This document shows positions 1 to 9,200 of a stretch of 64,000 bases of DNA, piece by piece. Both the position numbers and the translations under genes were made by a program. The first letter of the stretch is position 1, and each line of letters starts with the position of its first letter. The stretch spans positions 2,264 to 66,263 of the forward strand of contig JALSRD010000019.1 of assembly GCA_026984935.1 (NCBI GenBank), written 5' to 3'. Source of the DNA: Desulfobacterales bacterium (lineage in GTDB: Bacteria > Desulfobacterota > Desulfobacteria > Desulfobacterales > JALSRD01). The notes beneath the pieces were generated by a model. The model saw only the letters and a list, made by a program, of their open reading frames with translations, had not been told where the DNA came from and did no database searches.

Positions 1-2
1 CC

Positions 3-389
3 ATTTACTCTGTTTTCAAAGACAATCTCGAAATACAAGGTTCCTCATTTGAGCAGTTCGAGGAGTACGCTCGCAACATCGAAAGGGAACACAACCGGAA
101 TCTGACCGCAGAGCGAAATGGCTTTCTACATGTCGACCTTGAATCCCTGCGCACATTGATTGTTCGTGTGCAGGGTCTGACCGCATCTTCGGAAGCACCA
201 TTCACTGACCCTTGCGGCGTCATTCTCAAAGCCAATTCGGGTACATACGTTCATAAGGGAGATATTCTCGCTGCTATACGCTGCGTGGACGCTTTTGCGG
301 ATGAGATGCTAACACGTGTTGCAGCGGCACTCCCTATAATGAACGAGCCGATTCCGGACTTACACTTTAGGGAGGTGCACCATGGGTAA
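3..389 (+). CDS. Pyrimidine/thymidine-nucleoside-phosphorylase-like protein, C-terminal part (5' end lies outside the window)
   Basis: Frame 3 is open from the window edge to TAA at 387-389. The tail GFLHVDLESLRTLIVRVQGLTASSEAPFTDPCGVILKANSGTYVHKGDILAAIR fits the PYNP C-terminal domain pattern (D..GV.L....G..V..GD.L..I). Its stop overlaps the next start (ATGGGTAA). Confidence 0.5.
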   Translation: MYSVFKDNLEIQGSSFEQFEEYARNIEREHNRNLTAERNGFLHVDLESLRTLIVRVQGLTASSEAPFTDPCGVILKANSGTYVHKGDILAAIRCVDAFADEMLTRVAAALPIMNEPIPDLHFREVHHG

Positions 390-3300
390 ATACTGCTGCT
401 TCCTCTGTCCTAGTAAGGATTACACAGATAAAGCATTAACCGACCCCTGCCCGACTTGCGGACGTCTATACGGCTTTCCTCTTACACACCCTCCAACCAA
501 GATAGGAGAATATAGTGTCGAAGAGACGCGCGGGCGAGGATTCTATGCGGTGACTTATTTGTGTCATCGGGGTCGCCTGAAGCGTCCATACATTCTCAAA
601 GTATGCCCACGTTCCATCTACAGCTTTTTTGGAAAGGACTTTGACGCCGAGTGCCAGACACATCTCGATGTAGCACGAGATACTGAACACATCGTTCCGA
701 TCAACGATTACTTTGATACATCCGTAGAGTTTGGCCACACAACTATTGAATGCCATGTGGCCGTTATTGATTTTGTCGAGGGCGTTCCACTCGACCAGTA
801 CCTTGGGGGATCGGACACCATCCCCGCACGCAGCATTGCACAGATAGCTATCGATCTGTTTCGCATATGGCGGGAGTTCACCAACAAGATGAAATATCAT
901 AACGATCTTCACGCAGACAATATTATCATCCAACAGTTGCGTGAGGATGCTAGGCGGGCGGAAGCGATTGATGAGACCTTGCGTGCCGTAGCGATTGACC
1001 TCGGTTCTGTTAGTGATGCCAGCAAGAGCGATTCATGTGATCTCAGATTTGGAGATCAGCACTGGTTATGTCGTCATCTTCAGGGAATGATCGACAAGTT
1101 GCGGGGAGGCTACCGTGATCTTGACAAGGTAGATGATCTAGAAAACAGGATAGCGGAGGCTTTGGAGCGGACGGTCAATTTCCTTCTTCCAAGTGCAAAT
1201 TCCGGAAGGGTACCGACTGCCGATCAACTCATGCGGATAGTACGTGATAATTTTTTTCGGAGTTCTTCGCCTTGGAAAGAACATTTGAAGCTTAACCGAT
1301 TTGATGATTCTTATAATGCAGGTGCTCTTGAGCCATGGTACGTTCCTTTCCTGTTGGTTGATCCTGATGACCTATGGATTAAGCGCATCAGTGCCGCTGG
1401 TCCGCTCCTTATCACAGGCATGAGGGGCTGCGGGAAAACTATGCTGCTCAGAGCTTTAGACTTCCATGCAAGAGCTGCACTGAAAAACGATGAATCCATA
1501 TCGGATGTTGTTGAAAGGATTAAAAACGACAACTATGTTGGACTGTTCGTCTCTTGCATGAATTTGCTTACGATACCTGGACGTTCAGAGACTCCGGCAC
1601 CGCTGGAGAGGCTGTTTTGTGCATACTGTATAGAAATCATTCGGGCGGTAAGGCACCTGCAAGAGTTGGATCGAACCGTTGTTGTTCCCAATTATCACGA
1701 TAACATCGTTGAAGCTTTTGAAACCAATATGGAAATCCAAATAGATAAAAACGCCTTGCACACTGACTATGACTTTGAGCGTTTCCTATTGAAGATAAAT
1801 GCTTCTCTCAAAAATCCTGATTTTAATTGCTCGCTAAGAACTTCACCAGCAGATGCCTTTGTTGCACTTGGAGAAGCTGCGAGGCATTGCACGCCGTTGT
1901 GGAATACTGCCAGAGTGTTCTTTCTGCTTGATGATGTGAGTACGAGATATCTACGAGAGGATTTGATCAAAACAATTTTTTCCGTTCTCTTGTTTCAAAG
2001 TCCTGTCGGTGCGTTTAAACTTACCACCGAAGCACAGACACTGGAGATGGCTCTTTATTCGCCGGGTCTGGTTGAGAAAGCACGTGTGGGAAGAGATTAC
2101 GATGTATTCGATCTTGGTGCAGAAGTTTATGAAAAGACCAAGTCAAGGCCTAAAACCGGAAAATTATTTATTGAGGAAATTCTTGAACGAAGAGCTCAAT
2201 ACTATCCGAACCATCCTAATGTATCACCGCGGGAAATTTTAGGTGACTGCGCGTTGGAAGATGTTGCGCGAAATATAACAAAAACCAGTGAAACTTCTCG
2301 AGATCGAAAATCAGTATATCACGGTATATCGGTACTATCGGCAGTCTGTGTTGGAGATATCGGAGATGTTATCAGTATATATGAATTAATCTTAAAAAAG
2401 GCCGCTGGTGAGTCATATCCGGTTAAGCCTGAGATACAGTCTGAATGTTATCAGAGTTTCTGTAGTCGCAGATTGTATGACTTAAATAGGCGTGAAAGTG
2501 ATTTAAAAGACTTTGCGCTCACATTTGCTGAAGCTTCCTATGAGCTTCTGTTAAAATCCAGTAAAAATATTGGTCGATCAAAAAGAAAGCGTCTTCGCCA
2601 ATATAGCAGTATCTATGTGAGAGTGACTACTGGAGACACAAGGAAACAATTTCAGCGTCTCCGGGAATTAATTGATGCTGGTGTTTTTGTTCTGCATGGC
2701 GGCACACCAAGAACAAAGACCAGAGACGGTGATCCAATCCAACAATTTAAATTAACCTATCGAAAGTTGTTTGGGTTGTCCAACTTTATAGGTCTTTCAG
2801 AAAGCGACAGATTCGAACTATCTGGCGAAAAACTTGAAGAATGGTTAATGCACCCTGAAAAAGGCAAAGAAATATTGCTTAGGAATTTAGGAGGAGGGGT
2901 ACTAAAAACGGATCAAAAAGATCAGTTGGAAAGAGCGGAGGAGTTAAAACCTGACCGAAAAGAACATCAAGCTTTTCAGCAGATGCCTTTGTTTGAAACT
3001 GTTCAACCAGTTATTGAAGAAGTGTTTTTTAATGGTGATCTTGGAATATGCACTACACCAGATATTCCGAAAGAAAGGTTAGCAATAGATCAAATCGATA
3101 TTTCAAAAATGGGGCCAAACGACATTGATGTAATCGTTTTGGGGTTGGGTTTTGAGGATCGCAGCTTAGAGTCTACAAAACGATTATTTGAACATTTAAA
3201 ACCCAGCAAAGCCATTCTTGTAGAATATAAGTTGCCGGGAAAAGGTGAAGAAATTGAGCAGATCGTCAAAAAACATGTTAAAAGTGTTAACCGTTTAAAA

Positions 3301-4050
3301 TACAATGATCTTTTATCAAAAGGTTTAATGGTTCCTAATGTACCTGCCCTTATCGATGTATCAGCTCTCGCCAAGCCTGCGCTGTTCTCTGCTGTTCGCA
3401 ACACATTGCATAAACAGGGACAAGTTTGGATCTGCCACACACTTGCAAAGGATTATTATCCGCTCAATACCGATATTGAAAAAGTTATTGCTGCCGATAA
3501 AGATCGAAATCAATACCAACTGCTTGAAGCGCTTTCACAAATATTTACTGGGGAAAAGGGACCATACTCAATAGATGGGCTCATCGAATCGGATGCGGAC
3601 GAATCCCGCAGAAAAGTATTGTGTACATTTGCCTCAGCAAAACATCAAAGGTTGCTGACATTATTGGATATGAGAGATTACGACAGAATCGAAATTATTG
3701 TTCCTCTGAAAGGAACACCTCGCAGTGAAATTGCATATATTGCAGCCGAGATAGCAGGATGGAATTTTAGGGCTTCTGGGATAAATGAAATTCACACAAA
3801 CGATTTGCAAGGCACTGTTAATCTGTTGATAAACCAATATAGCCATTGGTACGTTGACAGGGGGTATAATTTGGAGTTCGGATTGACGGGATCAAAGATG
3901 CAGGCTGTTGCTTGTGCCGCGGTTAGTGTTGTTTGTAAAGTTGCCCACTGCTGGTATGTCAGCCCGCAAGAATTTGATCCTAAGAGGTTTACAAAAGGAA
4001 TAGGTGAATCGCGCTATTATAAGATAAAAAGAACAGAAACAAAAAAGTAA
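382..4050 (+). CDS. Giant multidomain protein: zinc ribbon + protein-kinase-like domain + P-loop NTPase + C-terminal tandem Rossmann-like (CARF-like?) module
   Basis: 1222-aa ORF. CxxC..CxxC at aa 5-26. Kinase-like motifs: YILKV (aa 70-74), HNDLHADN (nt 898-921), IDLGS (nt 994-1008). Walker A GMRGCGKT (nt 1417-1440) and Walker B FFLLDD (nt 1918-1935). The C-terminal region, aa ~914-1215, has two alpha/beta halves carrying IDVSALAKP and FGLTGSKMQ (nt 3880-3900). Confidence 0.85.
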   Translation: MGKYCCFLCPSKDYTDKALTDPCPTCGRLYGFPLTHPPTKIGEYSVEETRGRGFYAVTYLCHRGRLKRPYILKVCPRSIYSFFGKDFDAECQTHLDVARDTEHIVPINDYFDTSVEFGHTTIECHVAVIDFVEGVPLDQYLGGSDTIPARSIAQIAIDLFRIWREFTNKMKYHNDLHADNIIIQQLREDARRAEAIDETLRAVAIDLGSVSDASKSDSCDLRFGDQHWLCRHLQGMIDKLRGGYRDLDKVDDLENRIAEALERTVNFLLPSANSGRVPTADQLMRIVRDNFFRSSSPWKEHLKLNRFDDSYNAGALEPWYVPFLLVDPDDLWIKRISAAGPLLITGMRGCGKTMLLRALDFHARAALKNDESISDVVERIKNDNYVGLFVSCMNLLTIPGRSETPAPLERLFCAYCIEIIRAVRHLQELDRTVVVPNYHDNIVEAFETNMEIQIDKNALHTDYDFERFLLKINASLKNPDFNCSLRTSPADAFVALGEAARHCTPLWNTARVFFLLDDVSTRYLREDLIKTIFSVLLFQSPVGAFKLTTEAQTLEMALYSPGLVEKARVGRDYDVFDLGAEVYEKTKSRPKTGKLFIEEILERRAQYYPNHPNVSPREILGDCALEDVARNITKTSETSRDRKSVYHGISVLSAVCVGDIGDVISIYELILKKAAGESYPVKPEIQSECYQSFCSRRLYDLNRRESDLKDFALTFAEASYELLLKSSKNIGRSKRKRLRQYSSIYVRVTTGDTRKQFQRLRELIDAGVFVLHGGTPRTKTRDGDPIQQFKLTYRKLFGLSNFIGLSESDRFELSGEKLEEWLMHPEKGKEILLRNLGGGVLKTDQKDQLERAEELKPDRKEHQAFQQMPLFETVQPVIEEVFFNGDLGICTTPDIPKERLAIDQIDISKMGPNDIDVIVLGLGFEDRSLESTKRLFEHLKPSKAILVEYKLPGKGEEIEQIVKKHVKSVNRLKYNDLLSKGLMVPNVPALIDVSALAKPALFSAVRNTLHKQGQVWICHTLAKDYYPLNTDIEKVIAADKDRNQYQLLEALSQIFTGEKGPYSIDGLIESDADESRRKVLCTFASAKHQRLLTLLDMRDYDRIEIIVPLKGTPRSEIAYIAAEIAGWNFRASGINEIHTNDLQGTVNLLINQYSHWYVDRGYNLEFGLTGSKMQAVACAAVSVVCKVAHCWYVSPQEFDPKRFTKGIGESRYYKIKRTETKK

Positions 4051-4066
4051 AAAAGAGTTTTGCACA

Positions 4067-4477
4067 GTGGTCGACAATTTGACACCTAAACAACGCAGCT
4101 ACTGTATGTCCCGAATCAAGGGAAAGGATACGGGAATCGAGACATCCGTCCGTTCAGAGCTTCACCGACGTGGCCTTCGGTTCCGCAAGCACGTCAAAGA
4201 CCTGCCCGGTAAACCGGATGTCGTTTTCAGCAAGGCCAAGGTGGTTGTGTTTATCGACGGTGATTTCTGGCACGGATATCGGTTCTCGTCGTGGGAGCAC
4301 AAGGTGTCGGATTTCTGGAAAGAAAAAATTACCAAAAATCGCGCGCGCGACAAAAAAAATCACAGAAAACTGAAAGAGATGGGCTGGACGGTGATCCGAC
4401 TTTGGCAGCATGACTTAAAGCGTGATTTCGATGGATGTATTGAAAAAATCGTGTCGGCAGTACGAGGAGCTTCTTAG
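4067..4477 (+). CDS. vsr: Very-short-patch-repair (Vsr) family endonuclease
   Basis: 136 aa with a GTG start 17 nt after the previous stop. Strong family pattern: RSYCMSRIKGKDTGIE, PGKPDVVF...VVFIDGDFWHG, KNRARD...L...GWTVIRLWQ. Confidence 0.9.
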   Translation: MVDNLTPKQRSYCMSRIKGKDTGIETSVRSELHRRGLRFRKHVKDLPGKPDVVFSKAKVVVFIDGDFWHGYRFSSWEHKVSDFWKEKITKNRARDKKNHRKLKEMGWTVIRLWQHDLKRDFDGCIEKIVSAVRGAS

Positions 4478-4656
4478 GGCGCTCAGGTACGAACGGGCTT
4501 TGGTCGATGAGGAACTCGGCCAGCGCCAGCGGGCGCGCAGCGAGCTCGAGAAGCTCTACGCCGAGGCCCCGGACTATGAAGACGTGGCAATTAAATTAGA
4601 TTAGGGTTGTAGTCGTGGAACTGGAGACCTGGGTTATGATATCACCGCGTTTGATA

Positions 4657-4682
4657 TGGCAGCGGGAATCGAACCCACGTCC
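4657..4682 (-). other. tRNA (or tmRNA) 3'-end-like fragment (T-arm plus partial acceptor); probable integration-site remnant
   Basis: The minus-strand sequence GGACGTGGGTTCGATTCCCGCTGCCA has a GTGGG/CCCGC stem around a TTCGATT T-loop. The upstream sequence does not fold into D or anticodon arms, so this is not an intact tRNA. Confidence 0.45.
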
Positions 4683-5321
4683 ATTCTCTGTTTGGGGAAA
4701 ATGTGGAGAAAAACATTTCCCGCAGCTGGACGCGGAGAACGGCACTTGGAAGCTCTCAAGGTGTTGTAAATAGAGGCGTTTTGATGTGTCGACGCTGGGG
4801 AGACTGAATTTCTGGAAGGCGGCATTCCCTCCACCATTTGAAAAAAGACGAACCGGTCCAATTGCCGCGCACGCCACGTCTGGTGGTTTATTTTTCTCGT
4901 GATGGTAATGTGTTACGGCATTCCTTGCTGCCGCCAATTGACCTTGCTGTCACCCGGTTTTCGCGAAATCCGGGTGAAAAGACGCTTCTCTTCGATAATT
5001 TTTCTCTGAATTTTCAACTTCCACTTTCGAACCTCGTCCGGTTCGAGACATCTTTTCCTGCAGTCTCTGCACTGTAAGCCGCTCGAAAACCCTGCCAATC
5101 CGTAAAAGAGTTCGTTGATGCCCACGGTAAAACGTACGTTCCGTACCTCGGAACCGTGGGACCCGGAACAATTCAAATGCCCGCTAAATCAAGCATATGA
5201 TGTATTTTGCAATCCCTGGTGCAGGTCCTCCAAAGAATCGAAGGTGCGCCATGATCGACGACGAACGGTTTGTAAAAAATCCGACATCTCAAAGAATACG
5301 AGGACCTCAACGCCCTCCTAG

Positions 5322-5720
5322 ATCGCCGGCCAACTGGATCTGGATCCCCGCACGATACGCAGGTGGATCGATGAGCTGGGCTTCCTGCCCTTCGACAAGG
5401 CCGGTGCCGACCTGCTCTTCCAGGTCATCAGCCCGCGTTATGAACAGGCCGCTTTGGTAATCACCTTAAACCGCGCCTACAAGGACTGTCCCGAGATCTT
5501 CAACAACAACAGCCTCCTTACGTCCGCTATCCTCGACCGCCTGCTGCACCATGCCGAAACGGTGCTCATCGAAGGTAGAAGCAACTGCATGAAAGACCAG
5601 GTCGAATCCTGCTCTCCCTATCTCCCGTTGCCGGAACCATCATCTCGGTTCCGGCAACTATCTTTACTCACAAAATCCAGATGCATTTTAGACAGGTGGT
5701 TTAGAGACATTTTCACGTAG
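5322..5720 (+). pseudogene. IS21-family IstB helper ATPase remnant (C-terminal third only)
   Basis: The frame is open from 5322. IDELGFLPFDKAGADLLFQVISPRYEQAALVITLNRAYKDCPEIF...SAILDRLLHHAETVLIEGRS matches the IstB Walker B to C-terminus pattern. The N-terminal two thirds and istA are absent. Confidence 0.7.
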
Positions 5721-6282
5721 CCGCTGACACATGACCGCACATACGTTATGAGCCAAAGTGGGTTTGCCTTTTTATTTGATCTGACAGAGCATACCCGCTT
5801 CTTTTCCTCACCGTCAGATAATTGACATTTATCAGTCCATAATTTATCGATATTCGCGTAACTAATTGTATTTTCGTTCTATTTACTCGTTTCGGCAACT
5901 GGCACTCATCTTGCTTTATTACATGCTGAGACAATTTTAAAAAAAAGCCTGCACCCTGATAAACTGACAAATTCCTAAGTATTCCGAATGGCATATTTGT
6001 CAGAGATGCCGGTAAATCTGAGCAATAAAATTTGGTTCTTCCAGTTTAAGCGTACTTATCGGCAGCCTATTGAAATCTAACAATTTTTAGGCCCTTGAAT
6101 TTGAAGGACACATCCCCCCTTTTGTGAGGACCCTTCAGATCCGGGCGAAAGGGCAATCACAAAAAGGGAGAATGTGTAAAAGGGTAAGTTGGCATTCTCC
6201 ACAAAGTCACGTTTGACATGGATATTTCATTCCCAAGTACGCAAATTCCGGATGAACCATAATTTTTAAGGAGAACCGTAAT

Positions 6283-9200
6283 ATGATTGATGGGAATTCG
6301 GTCTATTTTCATGAACCAGGCCAGCTAAGCCGGGGTGCTGTTCTGGATGTTGGATTAAAATGTTCGCACTCCTGCCGGTTTTGTTATTACAGCTTTATGG
6401 ACGGATCAGATAAGCAATTCAGGGGGATGAGAAAAGCTAAATTTCGGACTACAGAGGAGTTGAAAGAAATTCTTTCATTGTTAAAGAAAAAGGGGTTCAT
6501 TAATTTTGATGTTACTGGAGGTGAACCCACTTTACACACAGGAATTATAGAATTGATGCGTTATGCGCATCAAGACCTTGGACTAAACGGACGGATTATC
6601 ACTTTGGGCCAATTCTTGGTACGCAAACCAAAATACCTGATTAAAAAATTGTTTGATGCAGGCATTGTGAATTTCCTGTTTTCATTGCACGCGGTTGATG
6701 AAAAATCTTTTCAGAGAATAACTGGCGAGAGCTTTAACCGCCTACGTAAAGCAATGGATTTTTTGGACGAGAAAAGCTTTCAGTATTGCTCTAATACAAC
6801 AGTATTTGAATGGAACTACAAATCTCTTCCGGATATTGCCAGAGAAGTGCTATCACACGGAATTTATCTTCACAATTTTATTTTAATGAATGCCTACTAC
6901 CACTGGAATAAGGGCGGAAAGTCCTTCGGAGTTCAGGCAAAATATTCTCAAGTTTTGCCTTATCTTTCTGAAGCTGTATCCATTCTGGAAAGTCATGACA
7001 TTGCTGTAAATATCCGATATGCGCCCATGTGCGCGGTTAAAGGGCTTGAGAAAAATCTTGTTGGTGTTGTGGGCGTACGTTACGATCCATATGAGTGGAT
7101 GAATCGGGCTGGACACTTTGGCGGTCCACCTAGTGTTTGTGCTGATAAATATCCGATTAAACAAGGTGAAATCGAGAAAGCTTATGCTTTTATTCCACAA
7201 AAACTGAAAATGCCGAATGGTATCCGCGTTATCGGTATGCGGGGAAAACACTTTAAATATTTTAGTAGCAAGTGCCACAATTGTGCAGCAATAAATGTTT
7301 GTGATGGGGTGGATCCAAACTATTTGGCCAATTATGGAGATAATGAACTAATCCCTTATGAAACTGATCTCGGGGTAGGGCCTGTAGCTTCACCACGACT
7401 TGCCTATACACCCCCTTTTTTTGTTAAAACGAATCAATCTTCTGACATGAAGTCTATTTGCAAGGAAGCCTTCAACAAATGGCGTCAAAACCTAAACAAA
7501 AGTCATGACCACTGTTTTGCGAAGCCATCAATTGAGTTATGCCATAATAAACATCCCCTTATTTCTGTGATCATCCCCTGCTATAACCAAGCTCGTTATC
7601 TTGGAGAAGCAGTCACCAGTATTGTCGGCCAATCCTATGAAAACTGGGAAATTCTGATAGTCAATGATGGAAGTACAGATAATACCCATCCTGTTGCTGT
7701 TCAAATCATCAACCACTACCCGAATAAGCCCATTCGCCTGATTGACAAAAAAAATGGCGGTGTTGCCGACAGCCGTAATAGAGGAATCGAAACCGCTAAC
7801 GGCACGTGGATTCTTCCATTGGATGCTGATGACAAATTTAAACCTTCATTCTTGGAAAAGGCCGTTTCAGCGATCGAGGAGGATTCCAATCTAAACCTGA
7901 TATTTTCCAATGTGCGCCAGTTTGGCGCACAAAACGGAGCTTGGGTGCCGAACGAGTATTCTGAGTTGAAGATCATCGAAGAAAACTGTTTTCCCTATGC
8001 TTCTTTGTTCAAAAAATCCATCTGGCTCAATATAGGCGGTTATAGTCAGGTTCTTGGTAAAGTCATGCAATTGGAAGACTGGGATTTCTGGATTCGTGCC
8101 TCCAGGATGGGCATTAACGCTCACCGAATACCAGAGCAGCTCTTTCTGTACAGAGTCCACGACTCCAATATATACTATCAGGTTATCTTGCCCCGCATGG
8201 CCGTTGCCAAAGCGCTGACGGTTACCGCTAACGCCAACTTATATGAATTGAGGTATATTGAGCATTGCTGGCAAATAATCTCGAACTGTGACCAGGATAC
8301 TGAACAGAGAATCAGAAATACCTTATCAGCGTATCCTAAACACGCCCTTCCCTACTTTTGGTTAGGTTTGAAGTTTGAGGGATCCAAAAGCTATGAATCT
8401 GCCGTGACTTATTATCGAAAAGCGATTGAAAAGGGCGGAGAAAACGTGTGGCAGGCTTATCACCGACTCGGAATGATGCAGAAGCATTACCTTGGCTTTC
8501 CATCTAAAGCGATGGATGGCCCAGGTAATGTTTTACTTAGCGGCGAGGCCCAGGAAAATATCGCGAAAGCAAGGCGCCTGTACTACAGTTACAACCACTC
8601 TATGAGAGTTAAAAATACCTCACGAACCCTAAGGATTCTTTTTTATTATGAAGGCTTTCATAATAAAAATCGGCCATATGCCGGAACTGCTAAGGCGATA
8701 CAACAGATAGCAACTGCTCTTATAACAAGGACGGATTTTTCCGTTATAATTGTCGGTGACCATGTGCAGCGGACGGAAAAACTCGCCGATCGGTTGATAA
8801 TTCATCCAACACCTGACTCCAACTCCGTCGACTTCATAAAGAGATATGACATTGTCTTTTTCGCCACCCATACGGGCTGTTTTGCTACTGTCCCAAAGCC
8901 AGCTGAACAACGTTGGATTCTTCTGCAGCACTGCTGGGATTTTGATATACAGGCATGGAAGCGGATCGACGACTTTGATAAAATTATTTGTGTATCTAGA
9001 CCCCAGAAAGAGCGTTTTACCCGTATTAGAAGGATTGCACAAAAAATCGCAATAATACCCAATGGTGTCGATACCAACCATTTCAAAGAAAGTGTTATTA
9101 AAGGCAGAAAGCTCCACAGCATTATGTTTGCCGGAGCTATTGTCCCCCACAAGAATGTTCATATTCTAATTGAGGCCTTTCGCCTCCTCAAGCAGGACGT

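Noticed and set aside
4422-4604. 60-aa ORF overlapping the vsr 3' end
   Set aside because: Its start lies inside vsr. Only the GC-rich tail after 4478 looks like coding sequence, and it is more likely the remnant of a disrupted gene than an intact one.
4657-4735. Intact tRNA gene on the minus strand
   Set aside because: Only the T-arm and a partial acceptor are present. The sequence 5' of it cannot form anticodon or D arms, and the acceptor would have to start with TATGGCA.
4913-5176. Possible tyrosine-integrase remnant on the minus strand next to the tRNA fragment
   Set aside because: Two overlapping minus-strand frames show faint resemblance to integrase C-terminal motifs (PRFRGTERTF.., HGSEVRNVRF..). 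I could not align any box convincingly. This needs a tblastn or HMM check.
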